This document shows, piece by piece, positions 1-9,679 of a DNA stretch of 64,000 bases. The stretch lies in contig CAZRUG010000001.1 in NCBI GenBank assembly GCA_964603295.1, forward strand, positions 53,210-117,209, read 5' to 3'. Numbering within the stretch: the stretch's first letter is position 1; each line of letters starts with the position of its first letter. Source of the DNA: Candidatus Woesearchaeota archaeon (lineage in GTDB: Archaea; Nanobdellota; Nanobdellia; Pacearchaeales; GW2011-AR1). The position numbers and the translations under genes were made by a program. The notes under the pieces were generated by a model, which was not told where the DNA came from, made no database searches, and saw only the letters and a program-made list of their open reading frames with translations.

Positions 1-754
1 AGTCAATAACATTATCCATTTCTTCAATAGTGAAACTTCCTTCATTACTCTTTTGCATTGAAGAGATTACTTCATTTAAACTTCCAATAACAACTCTTGC
101 CTCACTAACATCTTCTTCTTCCCGAGTAGGATCTAATACTAAAGTATCCCCAATTTTATGAACTGAAAGAGAAATTAATGGTTTATCTGAAATTGGCAAT
201 TTGTCTTCGGTAAATTCTCCATAAAGAACTTTTTCTTTTTCAGCGTCATATTTTGGAAATCGCGCACTTTTCAAAGCAGCAACAGCGCCAATTGCAGCAG
301 CATCAATTAAATTTCCATCATCATTTATTGCATAAATATCTACAAAAAGAGTCCAAACTTTTTCACCTTCAACAATACATAATTTTTGAAAATCAATTAA
401 TCCACTTTCTCTTAAACCTCTATCAATAACTCTTCCTAATTCAATTGCTTCAAAACTTGGAGGCCCTGATTCAAATCTTGGAGAACTTAAAGGTAATAGT
501 TCTGCAGTTGTCATTAAGTTTCCTTTATCTTGAGAATCTGGATAAGGAGTTCCAACGTCTAATTTAACTCCAACAAGAACTTCTGTTTTTCCAAGTCTAA
601 CTCTTACAGAACCTTCTGCTTTTTTTGAAATTCCAAATTCTAATTCAAGGTTTCTAAATTCTTCTGGTTTTCTGCCATCAAATCTTTTTCCTTCTTTAAG
701 ATATTGCCTAATTCTATCTGCAGTAATATTTGGTGTTTGAATCATTTCACTCAT
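1..754 (-). CDS. rrp42: Exosome complex subunit Rrp42 (3' end runs off the window)
   Basis: Not in the ORF track. Manual translation MSEMIQTPNITADRIRQYLKEGKRFDGRKPEEFR...ELGRVIDRGLRESG...NDDGNLIDAA gives RNase PH-like motifs. Overlaps the rrp41 stop. Confidence 0.93.
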   Translation of the reverse strand, partial: MSEMIQTPNITADRIRQYLKEGKRFDGRKPEEFRNLELEFGISKKAEGSVRVRLGKTEVLVGVKLDVGTPYPDSQDKGNLMTTAELLPLSSPRFESGPPSFEAIELGRVIDRGLRESGLIDFQKLCIVEGEKVWTLFVDIYAINDDGNLIDAAAIGAVAALKSARFPKYDAEKEKVLYGEFTEDKLPISDKPLISLSVHKIGDTLVLDPTREEEDVSEARVVIGSLNEVISSMQKSNEGSFTIEEMDNVID

Positions 755-1448
755 TTTGTCCAACCTCCTTAAGAGCTTTTTTCTGAATTTCATAAATTTC
801 CTTAAGAGCTTTTTGTCCCATTTTAATTGCTTCTTTTAATTGCTTGCTTGAAATTTTTCCATCCAATTGAATATGAGTAACTTCTTCTAAATTTAACATT
901 GAAATAGGAATATCTGTTGGACCTTCGCCTTCTTCAAAATCTTCCTCAGCCTTTGTTAAATCAACAACAATTGTCTTGTCTAATTTTCCAACTGAAATAC
1001 TTGAAACCATTCCCTTCATTGGAATTCCTGCATGAGCTAAAGCCATTGCAGCAGCATTAATTGCAGCACAACGAGTTCCAGCATCTGCCTGAATAATATT
1101 TATGTGAACATCAATCACCATATTTGGATATCTTTTTAACATTAGCGAAGGAGCTAAAGCCCATTCAATAATTTTATTAATTTCAGTACTTCTTCTACTT
1201 GGTCCGGGTCTAATTCTATCTGTAACTGAAAAACTATTCATATTATAAGTGCATCTTAAAATTCCTGTTTCAGGATCTCTCTTATTTCGAGGATGAAGTT
1301 CTTTTGGACCATAAACAGCAGCAATTGCAATTGTATCTCCTGTCTTAAACATTGCACTCCCATCTGCATTTGGAACAACACCAACCTTTGCAGCAGCAGG
1401 TCTAATTTCACCTACTTTTCTTCCATCTGGTCTTTTAAATTCTGCCAT
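747..1448 (-). CDS. rrp41: Exosome complex exonuclease Rrp41
   Basis: RPDGR...ADGSA...GPSRRSTEI...ADAGTRCAAINAA RNase PH motifs; operon context. Confidence 0.96.
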   Translation of the reverse strand: MAEFKRPDGRKVGEIRPAAAKVGVVPNADGSAMFKTGDTIAIAAVYGPKELHPRNKRDPETGILRCTYNMNSFSVTDRIRPGPSRRSTEINKIIEWALAPSLMLKRYPNMVIDVHINIIQADAGTRCAAINAAAMALAHAGIPMKGMVSSISVGKLDKTIVVDLTKAEEDFEEGEGPTDIPISMLNLEEVTHIQLDGKISSKQLKEAIKMGQKALKEIYEIQKKALKEVGQNE

Positions 1449-1449
1449 T

Positions 1450-2121
1450 TTATTTTTTATTCTCCTTAAACCATTTAGTTACTTCATCTGTTAAACCTGA
1501 AACAAATGATTTTTCTGAAACAAATTGAATTGCTTTTTTAGCTAAAAGTTCTTTGTCAATTGCATCTGCTTGAAGCCAAATCATTCCATTTTGCCCAACA
1601 GTAATATTACATCCAGTTTCATCTTTTATTAACTTAACCATACTTCCTTCTTTTCCAATAATTCTTGGAACCTTATTTGGATTAATTTTAGTAATAATTC
1701 CTTCCTCAATTTTTCCCAATCCTCTTCCTTTGATCGTCATATCAATTCCACGAGCATTAATTTCAGAAATCTTTGCAACAACCATATCCCCAATATCCAT
1801 TACTTCATCTAAAGCATTTTTGTTTACAAATTTTGGAACTTCTGTTAAAGGAATAAATCCATTATCTGCAGCACCAACATCAACAACCCATCCATTAAAA
1901 GTAAGCATCTCAACTTTTCCAATAATTACATTTCCTCTTCGAGGTTGATAAGTTCCAGAAAGTGGAATAACTTTTACAAGTTTGTTTGATTCTTCTGATA
2001 ATCCATATTTAATTGCAATAATATCTGAACCCTTTTTCTTAGTTCCTTCTCCAGGAAGATAATCATCGCCTGAAACAATAATCTCTCCAGGTATTACAAT
2101 TTGTCTTTTATTTTCTGTCAT
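1450..2121 (-). CDS. rrp4: Exosome RNA-binding subunit Rrp4 (S1+KH)
   Basis: IVIPGE N-terminus, S1 domain, KH motif VPRIIGKEGSM, VGQNG. Confidence 0.95.
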   Translation of the reverse strand: MTENKRQIVIPGEIIVSGDDYLPGEGTKKKGSDIIAIKYGLSEESNKLVKVIPLSGTYQPRRGNVIIGKVEMLTFNGWVVDVGAADNGFIPLTEVPKFVNKNALDEVMDIGDMVVAKISEINARGIDMTIKGRGLGKIEEGIITKINPNKVPRIIGKEGSMVKLIKDETGCNITVGQNGMIWLQADAIDKELLAKKAIQFVSEKSFVSGLTDEVTKWFKENKK

Positions 2122-2164
2122 TTTCTATTAATTAATCAAAAACTTCCTTTAAAAAGTTATTGGG

Positions 2165-2839
2165 TTATTCCTCCCTAATTTCCTCTGTCACAGCACTCCC
2201 ATGTGTAACTGAATTTAATTCATCATAAAAGTCCATAATCAGACCAGCAGGCACACTAACAACTACTACCAAAGAACCATCATTTTGCCAATCTTCTTTT
2301 TCTTTATATTCATTAATAATTCCATAAACTCTTCCAGTATGTATTGCAGGAACAGTAATTTTAACTTTTTTAGTTTCTAATTTAATTGGAATCACTTTGG
2401 ACAATTGTTCTAAAATATTGCTAACTTGTTTTTCAATGGGAATATTTTTTAATTGAACATTTGCTTCATTTAAAGCATTTTTAATTCTCTCTGCAGAAAT
2501 AGGATTTTTTGTTTGAGGATCAATTGCATTTCTTGCTAAAAAATCAACAACTTGCTTAATCTTTTTCTCTTTCTCTTCATCTCTATAATCTTGGGTTGTT
2601 TGCACCTCACCATCTTTAACAATTTTTTCAACAACCTTTTGAACATCTGAAGTTCCAAATGAAGACTCTAATTCTCCTGAACCAGCAACATCTCCTTTTT
2701 TAATATCTGTAAAAATTTTATCTGTTTCAGCTTGAATAGATTCAGATTCTCCTTTTCTAAATTTCATAGCTTCTTCTAAATCAACCATAATCTCATAAAC
2801 TTTATTTCCTCTTCGTAATCTTGCTATTGTGTTTGTCAT
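2165..2839 (-). CDS. Ribosome maturation factor SBDS/SDO1
   Basis: IFTD.KKG, FGT, IDPQTK.P...RI..A motifs; conserved position between psmA and rrp4. Confidence 0.93.
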   Translation of the reverse strand: MTNTIARLRRGNKVYEIMVDLEEAMKFRKGESESIQAETDKIFTDIKKGDVAGSGELESSFGTSDVQKVVEKIVKDGEVQTTQDYRDEEKEKKIKQVVDFLARNAIDPQTKNPISAERIKNALNEANVQLKNIPIEKQVSNILEQLSKVIPIKLETKKVKITVPAIHTGRVYGIINEYKEKEDWQNDGSLVVVVSVPAGLIMDFYDELNSVTHGSAVTEEIREE

Positions 2840-3570
2840 TTCAATGCCTCAATTTCTTTTCCCTCAAGCCTTTTTAATCTTGGTTCTTTATTATCTTTTG
2901 GAACTTCAATATAAGCAAGTTCAAATTTATCAATATTAAAATTCTTTTCCTGAATTTCTTTAAAAATCTCTAAAGCAACTTTAACACCTTGTTTAATTGT
3001 TAAATCTTTTTTAAATTTCTCTCTTAACTTTTCTTTGATTTTATCATCGTTTTCTCCAATTGCATTTGCATAATATGAAAAATAATTTCCAGTAACATCA
3101 CTTACAAAAAGCATTGGTTTTTTACTATTTATTCCAGCAACCATCATTGCAACTCCAAAAGGTCGCGCACCACCATATTGTGTGAATTGCTGTTTCATAT
3201 TTGAAAGCTCTTTAATAATTGTCTCTGGTTCAATTGGAGAATCATAGGTAATTCTATGTTGTTGAGCAATAACTTGAGCTTTTTCAATTAAAACCCGTGT
3301 ATCTGCAGCAATTCCAGCTGAACTTGAAATAATATGATTATCAATTTCATGAACCTTTACAGAAGAAGCTGGAACAATAAGTTTATCTCTGATTCTTTTG
3401 TCAGCAATAATAAAAACACCATCTGAACAAACAATACCAATACTCGCGCTACCTAAACGCACTGTTTTTTCAGCATATTCTACCTGAAGCAAATGACCTT
3501 CTGGCGAAAACATTGTCGCAGTTCTGTCATAGCCCATTGCTTGATGTTGCATATCCATTGGCATATCCAT
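2836..3570 (-). CDS. psmA: Proteasome subunit alpha
   Basis: GYDRTATMFSPEGHLLQVEYA N-terminal signature; RPFGV motif. Confidence 0.96.
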   Translation of the reverse strand: MDMPMDMQHQAMGYDRTATMFSPEGHLLQVEYAEKTVRLGSASIGIVCSDGVFIIADKRIRDKLIVPASSVKVHEIDNHIISSSAGIAADTRVLIEKAQVIAQQHRITYDSPIEPETIIKELSNMKQQFTQYGGARPFGVAMMVAGINSKKPMLFVSDVTGNYFSYYANAIGENDDKIKEKLREKFKKDLTIKQGVKVALEIFKEIQEKNFNIDKFELAYIEVPKDNKEPRLKRLEGKEIEALK

Positions 3571-3664
3571 GTTATAATCCTGAGAAGTTAATAATATGTA
3601 AAGCTCTTCTCTATTTTCTTTCCAAAATTAAAGTATCAAGAAGTTTATAAATTTTTTGGGCTAT
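3466..3664. repeat. Copy 1 of a ~190-bp direct repeat (psmA 5' end plus promoter region)
   Basis: Near-identical to 4112-4298, which lacks 12 bp. Confidence 0.95.
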
Positions 3665-4049
3665 CAGAACAAGCACCAGCTGTTTGATCAATTCTTAAAT
3701 CCAATAATCCTTGTCTTGCAGCATCATGTTCTACTAAAAATAAATCTCTTTCGGGAGCTTCTTTTTTGAAAATTCCATATCTTCCACAAACTGATTGAGC
3801 AAAAGAACCCGCACCAACAACTATTGCGGTCAATGTAACTGCTCCCTGAATAATATAAGGGCCCCAACCATTCATTTGATCAGCAGGAATCGAATAACCA
3901 ACTCCATGAGTAATTCCATCAAGACCAATTGCAAGACCTGCTCCTAAAAGCCCCCCAGCAATAATATAAAACTCATCACTTAATTTTCTTTCTTTAGAAT
4001 TAATCCTAGATAAAATATAAGGATTTCCATGAGGATTTTTTAAACTCAT
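3645..4049 (-). CDS. Hypothetical membrane protein
   Basis: 134-aa ORF with two Gly-rich hydrophobic segments and an upstream TATA-like element; lies between the repeat copies. Confidence 0.7.
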   Translation of the reverse strand: MSLKNPHGNPYILSRINSKERKLSDEFYIIAGGLLGAGLAIGLDGITHGVGYSIPADQMNGWGPYIIQGAVTLTAIVVGAGSFAQSVCGRYGIFKKEAPERDLFLVEHDAARQGLLDLRIDQTAGACSDSPKNL

Positions 4050-4084
4050 TAATATTTTAAGTGTTTTAAACTTTAAATATTTTT

Positions 4085-4204
4085 TTATTTTGAACTTTTT
4101 TGGTTTTTTACTTTTTCAGCATATTCTACCTGAAGCAAATGACCTTCTGGCGAAAACATTGTCGCAGTTCTGTCATAGCCCATTGCTTGATGTTGCATAT
4201 CCAT
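4085..4204 (-). pseudogene. Truncated duplicate of the psmA N-terminus (39 aa)
   Basis: MDMQHQAMGYDRTATMFSPEGHLLQVEYAEK then VKNQKSSK*. Confidence 0.85.
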
Positions 4205-4298
4205 GTTATAATCCTGAGAAGTTAATAATATGTAAATCTCTTTTCTATTTTCTTTCCAAAATTAAAGTATCAAGAAGTTTATAAATTTTTTGGACTAT
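4112..4298. repeat. Copy 2 of the psmA 5'/promoter direct repeat
   Basis: Matches 3466-3664 with a 12-bp deletion and a few substitutions. Confidence 0.95.
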
Positions 4299-4726
4299 TT
4301 TGTATCATAACCAGAAACATCACAACAGCAATCTTGTGCCCGAATATATGTTCCCAAGGCATTATTATAAGAATTAATTAATTCTGCTCTCTTTAGTTCC
4401 CTTTTCATAGAAGCTTCTGCCCTATCAACCTGCAGGTTTAATCTTTCTTCATTAGGGTGATCTATTTCAAATTTCCTCCCAACACTTCCCATATCAATGA
4501 CTTCTCGAATAAAAAGAGGCTCTTCTTTTATTTTTTCATTTAAATTATTTATTTTGGAAGTATAATCTTCTATTCTTTCTTCAGATTTACCTGCTTCTTC
4601 CCTCTGATTTTGATAATCCATTTCTAATTGAGCACAATCACAATCTCCTGCAACAGCATAATTTGGAAATAAACTTGCCACTGCAATTAATCCTGCACCA
4701 ATAAGACTTGTTAATTTTTTAGCCAT
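4295..4726 (-). CDS. Hypothetical secreted coiled-coil protein with Cys clusters
   Basis: Signal-peptide-like N-terminus; CDC near the mature N-terminus and CCC at the C-terminus. Confidence 0.7.
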   Translation of the reverse strand: MAKKLTSLIGAGLIAVASLFPNYAVAGDCDCAQLEMDYQNQREEAGKSEERIEDYTSKINNLNEKIKEEPLFIREVIDMGSVGRKFEIDHPNEERLNLQVDRAEASMKRELKRAELINSYNNALGTYIRAQDCCCDVSGYDTK

Positions 4727-4783
4727 AGTTTGTTCAAAAGAAATTGGTTTTATAAACCTTTCTATTTTGTAACCACTTTAAAG

Positions 4784-4829
4784 TTACTTAATCCCAAGAC
4801 CCTTCAATGTTCCAGAAACTTTTTCAACA
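4784..4829 (-). pseudogene. Displaced Pop5/Rpp14 3' fragment (VEKVSGTLKGLGIK*)
   Basis: 26-bp exact match (4804-4829 = 5594-5619); the flanking differences are mostly synonymous. Confidence 0.8.
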
Positions 4830-4979
4830 ATTTACAATATTTTTTTGTTGTTCACTCCACTCAGAATTCTTTGTCTTTTTCACCCATTTAGCATATTTTT
4901 TTATAAATTCTAATCTATCCTTAAAATTTTCTTGTTTTTGTCTTTCAAGTTCTTCAAGATCTATGTTTGGCAATTTCAT
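4824..4979 (-). CDS. Small protein (51 aa) coupled to the nucleotidyltransferase
   Basis: MKLPNIDLEELERQKQENFKDRLEFIKKYAKWVKKTKNSEWSEQQKNIVNC*; ATGA overlap with the upstream gene. Confidence 0.7.
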   Translation of the reverse strand: MKLPNIDLEELERQKQENFKDRLEFIKKYAKWVKKTKNSEWSEQQKNIVNC

Positions 4980-5575
4980 TTTATATATTTATTAAAACTC
5001 TCTTCTATATTAAGTTTGCTATTAAATTCATTAAGCACCCCTTTATCAAGATTTTCCTCAAATAATTCATATAAATATCTTGCATCTTCAATGTCCTTTT
5101 CACTCCCAAGAAATAGCTTAAATGAAATCTGTAATTCTATTTTAGAAATTGTTAGATCTTGATTATTAACTAATACTTTTTGATTATTCTCTAATGTCCA
5201 TTTGTCAAGGTCTGTCTTTGGAAATTTAAACTCCATGTTAGGAACAAATTTATTTTTTAAAGAAAATCTAATTGAATGATTTGTAAGTAAATAATCTTCA
5301 TAAGCATCTTTAATATTCTCTGTGTTAAGGCATTCAAATTTTTTATAAAGTTCCAGCCATAATTCATTGAACTTTTCAAAACTTATTTTCTCCACAATTA
5401 AATCAATATCCTCTGAGGACCTGTTTCTTCCAAACAAGATTGAAACATATCCCGAAACTACAACATATTTTATTTCCAATCTATTCATAACATCACAAAA
5501 TTCAAAAGTAAATTTATCTAATTCATTAAATTCTTTTTCAAATTCTATTCTTTCTTTAGAAAATTTAATTTCCAT
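4976..5575 (-). CDS. Nucleotidyltransferase-fold protein
   Basis: YVVVSGYVSILFGRNRSSEDIDL = pol-beta superfamily G...DxD motif. Confidence 0.75.
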   Translation of the reverse strand: MEIKFSKERIEFEKEFNELDKFTFEFCDVMNRLEIKYVVVSGYVSILFGRNRSSEDIDLIVEKISFEKFNELWLELYKKFECLNTENIKDAYEDYLLTNHSIRFSLKNKFVPNMEFKFPKTDLDKWTLENNQKVLVNNQDLTISKIELQISFKLFLGSEKDIEDARYLYELFEENLDKGVLNEFNSKLNIEESFNKYIK

Positions 5576-5846
5576 TTTTCATTCCCAGCCCCCTCAATGT
5601 TCCAGAAACTTTTTCAACAGAAATTTTTTTATCCCAAACAGCAAATGAAGCCCGAACATGATTTAAGGATTCTCGATTAACTCCAATCACAGCAGAATCC
5701 TTGTTTTTCTTAACCCAAATCAAGCCAATCTTTGACATTCCAAGAACACCAATAAAATCTTGAATTGCTTTTTGAATTTCATTAATAGAACCTTTAACTA
5801 AAAGATATCTCTTGTGTTCTCTCATTGATGGTTTAAGTGGTTTCAT
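5565..5846 (-). CDS. RNase P protein Pop5/Rpp14 (short)
   Basis: LKPSMRE.KRYL N-terminus and VSGTL C-terminus; superoperon context. Confidence 0.85.
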   Translation of the reverse strand: MKPLKPSMREHKRYLLVKGSINEIQKAIQDFIGVLGMSKIGLIWVKKNKDSAVIGVNRESLNHVRASFAVWDKKISVEKVSGTLRGLGMKNGN

Positions 5847-5853
5847 AAAATAA

Positions 5854-6144
5854 TTAATAAAATCCAGAATAAAAAGGTTTTGAATCTTCTTTATTTGGAA
5901 TCCAATCTTTATACTTATCTAAAACCCCCCCAATATCTGTTTTAATATAAGCATTCAAAAATTCTTCATTATAATATTTATTTATCTTCTTAATTAAATC
6001 AATTAATTCTAAATCACTTAGTTTTTCTAAAATACTTTTTATAATATCTTCATCAAAACCAGAAAAAACTCTCAAGGAGTCAATATCATTCAGACCCTCA
6101 TTTACAGCCCATAAAATATCAAATTCTTTTTTATTTAATTCCAT
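5854..6144 (-). CDS. Hypothetical protein, possible winged helix
   Basis: ATG at 6144 (MELNKKEFDILWAV...IIKSILEKLSDLELI) with a TATA-like element upstream. Confidence 0.55.
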   Translation of the reverse strand: MELNKKEFDILWAVNEGLNDIDSLRVFSGFDEDIIKSILEKLSDLELIDLIKKINKYYNEEFLNAYIKTDIGGVLDKYKDWIPNKEDSKPFYSGFY

Positions 6145-6215
6145 ATCTATATATGAAAACATTATTAAATAAGTTTTTCCAATTAAATTTATAAAAGAAG
6201 GTGAAAAATAGTTAT

Positions 6216-7556
6216 ATGGAAGTTTGCACAATTGGTGGATATGAAGAAGTAGGAAAAAATATGACTGCTGTTAAGGTCGGAGAAGATGTTGTTATTTTTG
6301 ATGCAGGAGTTTTTTTACCTGGAGTAATAGAACTTCAAGAAGATGCAACATTAGATTATTCTGAAAAACATTTACGAGCAAAAAAAGCAATTCCCGACGA
6401 TTTAGTTTTAGATAAAATCAGTTGGTCAGACAAAGTCAGAGCAATTGTAATCTCCCACGCACATTTAGATCATGTTGGAGCAGTTCCATATATTGCAAAA
6501 AGATATCCTCGAGCAACAATCTATGGTTCACCATTTACAATTGCTGTTTTAGAAGCTTTAGTTAAAGATGGAAAAGTTTCTGTAAAAAACAAAATTCAAA
6601 AAATCAAACCAAATTCAACAATAACAATTCAAGGAAAATCAGATAAGATAAAAATAGAATTTGTTCACACAACACACTCAACTTTGCAATGCGTCTTTCC
6701 AGTATGGCACACTAAAGAAGGTTCTTTCTTTTATGCTTTAGATTTTAAATTTGACGACTATCCAACCTTGGGCAATCCACCAAATTATAAAAGAATGAGA
6801 GAAATTGGAAAAAAAGGAGTTCATGTTTTAGCAGTTGATGCACTTTATTCAGGAACAGAAAAAAGACCCGGAGGAGAGAAAATTGCTCAGCATCTTTTAG
6901 AAGAAGCATTTGCAACAACAAGAGGAAAAGACTCTGCATTATTTGTAACAACTTTTGCTTCACATATTGAAAGATTAAACAATATTGTAAAAATTGGAAA
7001 AAGAACTGGAAGAGAAATAGTTTTCCTCGGAAGAAGCATGGCAAAATATGTTAATGCAGCTAAAGAAGTTGGCAAATGTCCTTTTCATAGAGATGTAAAA
7101 ATACTTTCTTATAAAAAACAAGCAAATGCATTTTTAAGGAAAGTTGAAAAAAATCGTGGAAGATATTTAGTTGTTTGCACAGGTCATCAAGCAGAAGAAG
7201 GCTCGATTTTAGATAGGATTGCTCGAGGAGAAACTCCTTTTAGATTTAAGCAAGGTGATAACTTAATTTTTTCTTCAAGTGTAATTCCAGCACCAGTAAA
7301 TATTGTTGCTCGTGAAAAAATGGACAAGAAATTAAGAAACATGGGAGTTAGATTGCAAACAGATATTCATGTTCACGGACATGGAAGCAGAGAAGGTTTA
7401 AGACAATTAATTGAAATCACAAAACCCAAACACATAATTCCTGCACACGGTTCTTTAGAACAAGAAGCACCAATGATTGATTTAGCAAAAGAATTTGGTT
7501 ACAAATTTGGAGAAACTTCTCATTTAACAAATAATGGAAAGCTTTTGAAATTATAG
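6216..7556 (+). CDS. rnj: RNase J family MBL/beta-CASP ribonuclease
   Basis: GGYEEVGKNMT, SHAHLDH, HST, D, HVHGH, PAHG motifs. Confidence 0.92.
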   Translation: MEVCTIGGYEEVGKNMTAVKVGEDVVIFDAGVFLPGVIELQEDATLDYSEKHLRAKKAIPDDLVLDKISWSDKVRAIVISHAHLDHVGAVPYIAKRYPRATIYGSPFTIAVLEALVKDGKVSVKNKIQKIKPNSTITIQGKSDKIKIEFVHTTHSTLQCVFPVWHTKEGSFFYALDFKFDDYPTLGNPPNYKRMREIGKKGVHVLAVDALYSGTEKRPGGEKIAQHLLEEAFATTRGKDSALFVTTFASHIERLNNIVKIGKRTGREIVFLGRSMAKYVNAAKEVGKCPFHRDVKILSYKKQANAFLRKVEKNRGRYLVVCTGHQAEEGSILDRIARGETPFRFKQGDNLIFSSSVIPAPVNIVAREKMDKKLRNMGVRLQTDIHVHGHGSREGLRQLIEITKPKHIIPAHGSLEQEAPMIDLAKEFGYKFGETSHLTNNGKLLKL

Positions 7557-7604
7557 TTACTCCAAAATAGCAACCTTTTTAAATTGAATTTCTTCTACAA
7601 CCTA

Positions 7605-8111
7605 ATGAAAAAATTAGATTATCAAGGTATTTTAGATTTATTGGAGAAAGAATATGGTTGCGAAGTAATTTCTCCCAAAAACAGACAGGTTCCTAAAATA
7701 GACCCAAAATATGTTTCAGGAGAATTAGAAACATTTGTATTAGAAGAATTAGTTAATAAAATTGAAAATGGAGTTATTATTAAAGATAAATTTAAAGAAC
7801 ATAGACAAAGACGTAATTTCCTTGAAACATTTGGAAGAGAGTATGATGGTTTAAAAAGAAATGTGAGGCAATTTTCAATCCTGGGCTTAACTTATCTTCT
7901 GTCCTGTCTTCAAGGAATTGAATTATTAGCTGATTCATTAACTGAAAAAGGTTATGAAACTAAAGCAGAACTTGTTCGAGAAATAAGAGGCCTTGTTGGA
8001 GGACCAATAGATAATCATAAATACGATGGTTTTTCACTGGAAGAAAAAATTAATTATGCAGAACTTGTTCGTGACGGAGTTCATGCAGTTTTTAGAGAAT
8101 TATCAAGATAA
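7605..8111 (+). CDS. Hypothetical protein
   Basis: Open ORF with ATG at 7605; no recognisable motif. Confidence 0.6.
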   Translation: MKKLDYQGILDLLEKEYGCEVISPKNRQVPKIDPKYVSGELETFVLEELVNKIENGVIIKDKFKEHRQRRNFLETFGREYDGLKRNVRQFSILGLTYLLSCLQGIELLADSLTEKGYETKAELVREIRGLVGGPIDNHKYDGFSLEEKINYAELVRDGVHAVFRELSR

Positions 8112-8152
8112 AAACTATTTTAAACTCCAATTTCTTAATAATTTAAATAAAG

Positions 8153-8665
8153 ATGGTGAGGCAAGATATTCTAGGTGGCTTAAGAGTTGCAATGCAATCA
8201 GGAGACTCTTTGCGAGATGCAATGATGAGTTTTTATTTAGCAGGTTATCAAAAACAAGATATTGAAGAAGCTGCGCGAGCATTACAACAACAAGGAGGGA
8301 TTCAAGCAATTCAAACTTCAAATAAAAAACAAGAAGAAAACAAACATGAACAAAAAAATCTAGTTCAAGAAATGAAGAAATTAGATAGTAAAACTTCTTT
8401 AAAAAAATTTACTCCATTAAAACAAAATAAAATTGAGATTAAAAATCTTCAAAATAAAAAACCTGAAATAAAACAAAAAGTTTCTTCTTATGGAGAAAAT
8501 AAAACAACTTCAAAAAATAAATTTTCTTATAAACCAAATTCAAAGAAAGATAAAGTTGTAATAGTTTTACTTATTGTTCTTGGGATTATTCTTCTTGGTT
8601 TAATTGGAATTTTCTTTTTATATAAACCTGCTATTATTGAGTTTTTCAATAAATTAATGCCATGA
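8153..8665 (+). CDS. Hypothetical C-terminally membrane-anchored protein
   Basis: Helical N-domain, K/Q-rich linker, single C-terminal TM. Confidence 0.75.
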   Translation: MVRQDILGGLRVAMQSGDSLRDAMMSFYLAGYQKQDIEEAARALQQQGGIQAIQTSNKKQEENKHEQKNLVQEMKKLDSKTSLKKFTPLKQNKIEIKNLQNKKPEIKQKVSSYGENKTTSKNKFSYKPNSKKDKVVIVLLIVLGIILLGLIGIFFLYKPAIIEFFNKLMP

Positions 8666-9210
8666 TTCCAAAGAGTGTTTATCCTCCTGCAGAAGATTCT
8701 TATTTAATGCAAGATATTTTGAAAAAAGAAGTCCCTAATTTATTGGAACAAAATCCTGAATTAAAATTTTTAGAAATTGGTCCTGGCTCAGGTATTCATT
8801 TAGAAACAGTTCGAAAGCTTGGAATAAAAAAAGAAAATATTTTCTCAGTAGATATAAATCCAGATGCAGTTGCACATTGCTCCTCACTTGGTTTTAATTG
8901 CAAACAATCAAACTTATTTGAAAATGTTGAAGACAAATTTGATATAATAATTTTTAATCCTCCTTATTTACCTGAAGATGAACGAGAAGATTGCGCATCT
9001 AAAACAGCCACAACAGGAGGCATAAAAGGTTGTGAAATTATTAATAGGTTTCTAAGAGAGTCTAAGAATTATCTAACAAAAGAAGGCAAAGCATATCTTA
9101 TTACAAGTTCTTTAAGTGGAAATGTTGAATGGGATAACTGGAACAAAAAAATTCTTGGTTCTGAAAAACTATTTTTCGAAGAATTATATGTTTGGGAATT
9201 GAGTAGATAG
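8662..9210 (+). CDS. HemK2/PrmC-like SAM-dependent methyltransferase
   Basis: VYPPAEDSYL, LEIGPGSG, FNPPY, FFEEL. Confidence 0.9.
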   Translation: MIPKSVYPPAEDSYLMQDILKKEVPNLLEQNPELKFLEIGPGSGIHLETVRKLGIKKENIFSVDINPDAVAHCSSLGFNCKQSNLFENVEDKFDIIIFNPPYLPEDEREDCASKTATTGGIKGCEIINRFLRESKNYLTKEGKAYLITSSLSGNVEWDNWNKKILGSEKLFFEELYVWELSR

Positions 9211-9244
9211 TAAAATTTATAATAATCTATTTTAAGAATTTTAA

Positions 9245-9679
9245 ATGACAAGAATTATTAATATTGTGGATTCAATTGATTACTTAAGTAAAATATTTTA
9301 TAAAGAAGTTTTTGAGATTAAAGAAAAGCCTTTTTTTGTGGGCTTTCATGGATTTGCAAGACAAGGAAAATCAACTCTTATAAGAGGAATTAGTGATAAT
9401 CTCAAAGGATGTAGAACTAAAATTTATGAAGTTCCTGTCTATAGACACTGTCTTGAATTACTTTCTAATCTAATCGATAGTTGCCAATGTCCTGATTTGA
9501 TTTTGTTTCACGAACTTTTTGGAATTCAATATTCTAATTTAGACAGAAAACTTAAAAGTTATCTTTATAGAAGAACTAATACAAATATCTTTGTTGCAAG
9601 AAAAATGCCTAATGTATTATCCTCTAGATATGATTATGCTGTTATAGGCGAGAATCCTATTTATTCAATTTCTTCTTAA
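9245..9679 (+). CDS. Hypothetical small P-loop protein
   Basis: Walker A-like GFARQGKST. Confidence 0.55.
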   Translation: MTRIINIVDSIDYLSKIFYKEVFEIKEKPFFVGFHGFARQGKSTLIRGISDNLKGCRTKIYEVPVYRHCLELLSNLIDSCQCPDLILFHELFGIQYSNLDRKLKSYLYRRTNTNIFVARKMPNVLSSRYDYAVIGENPIYSISS

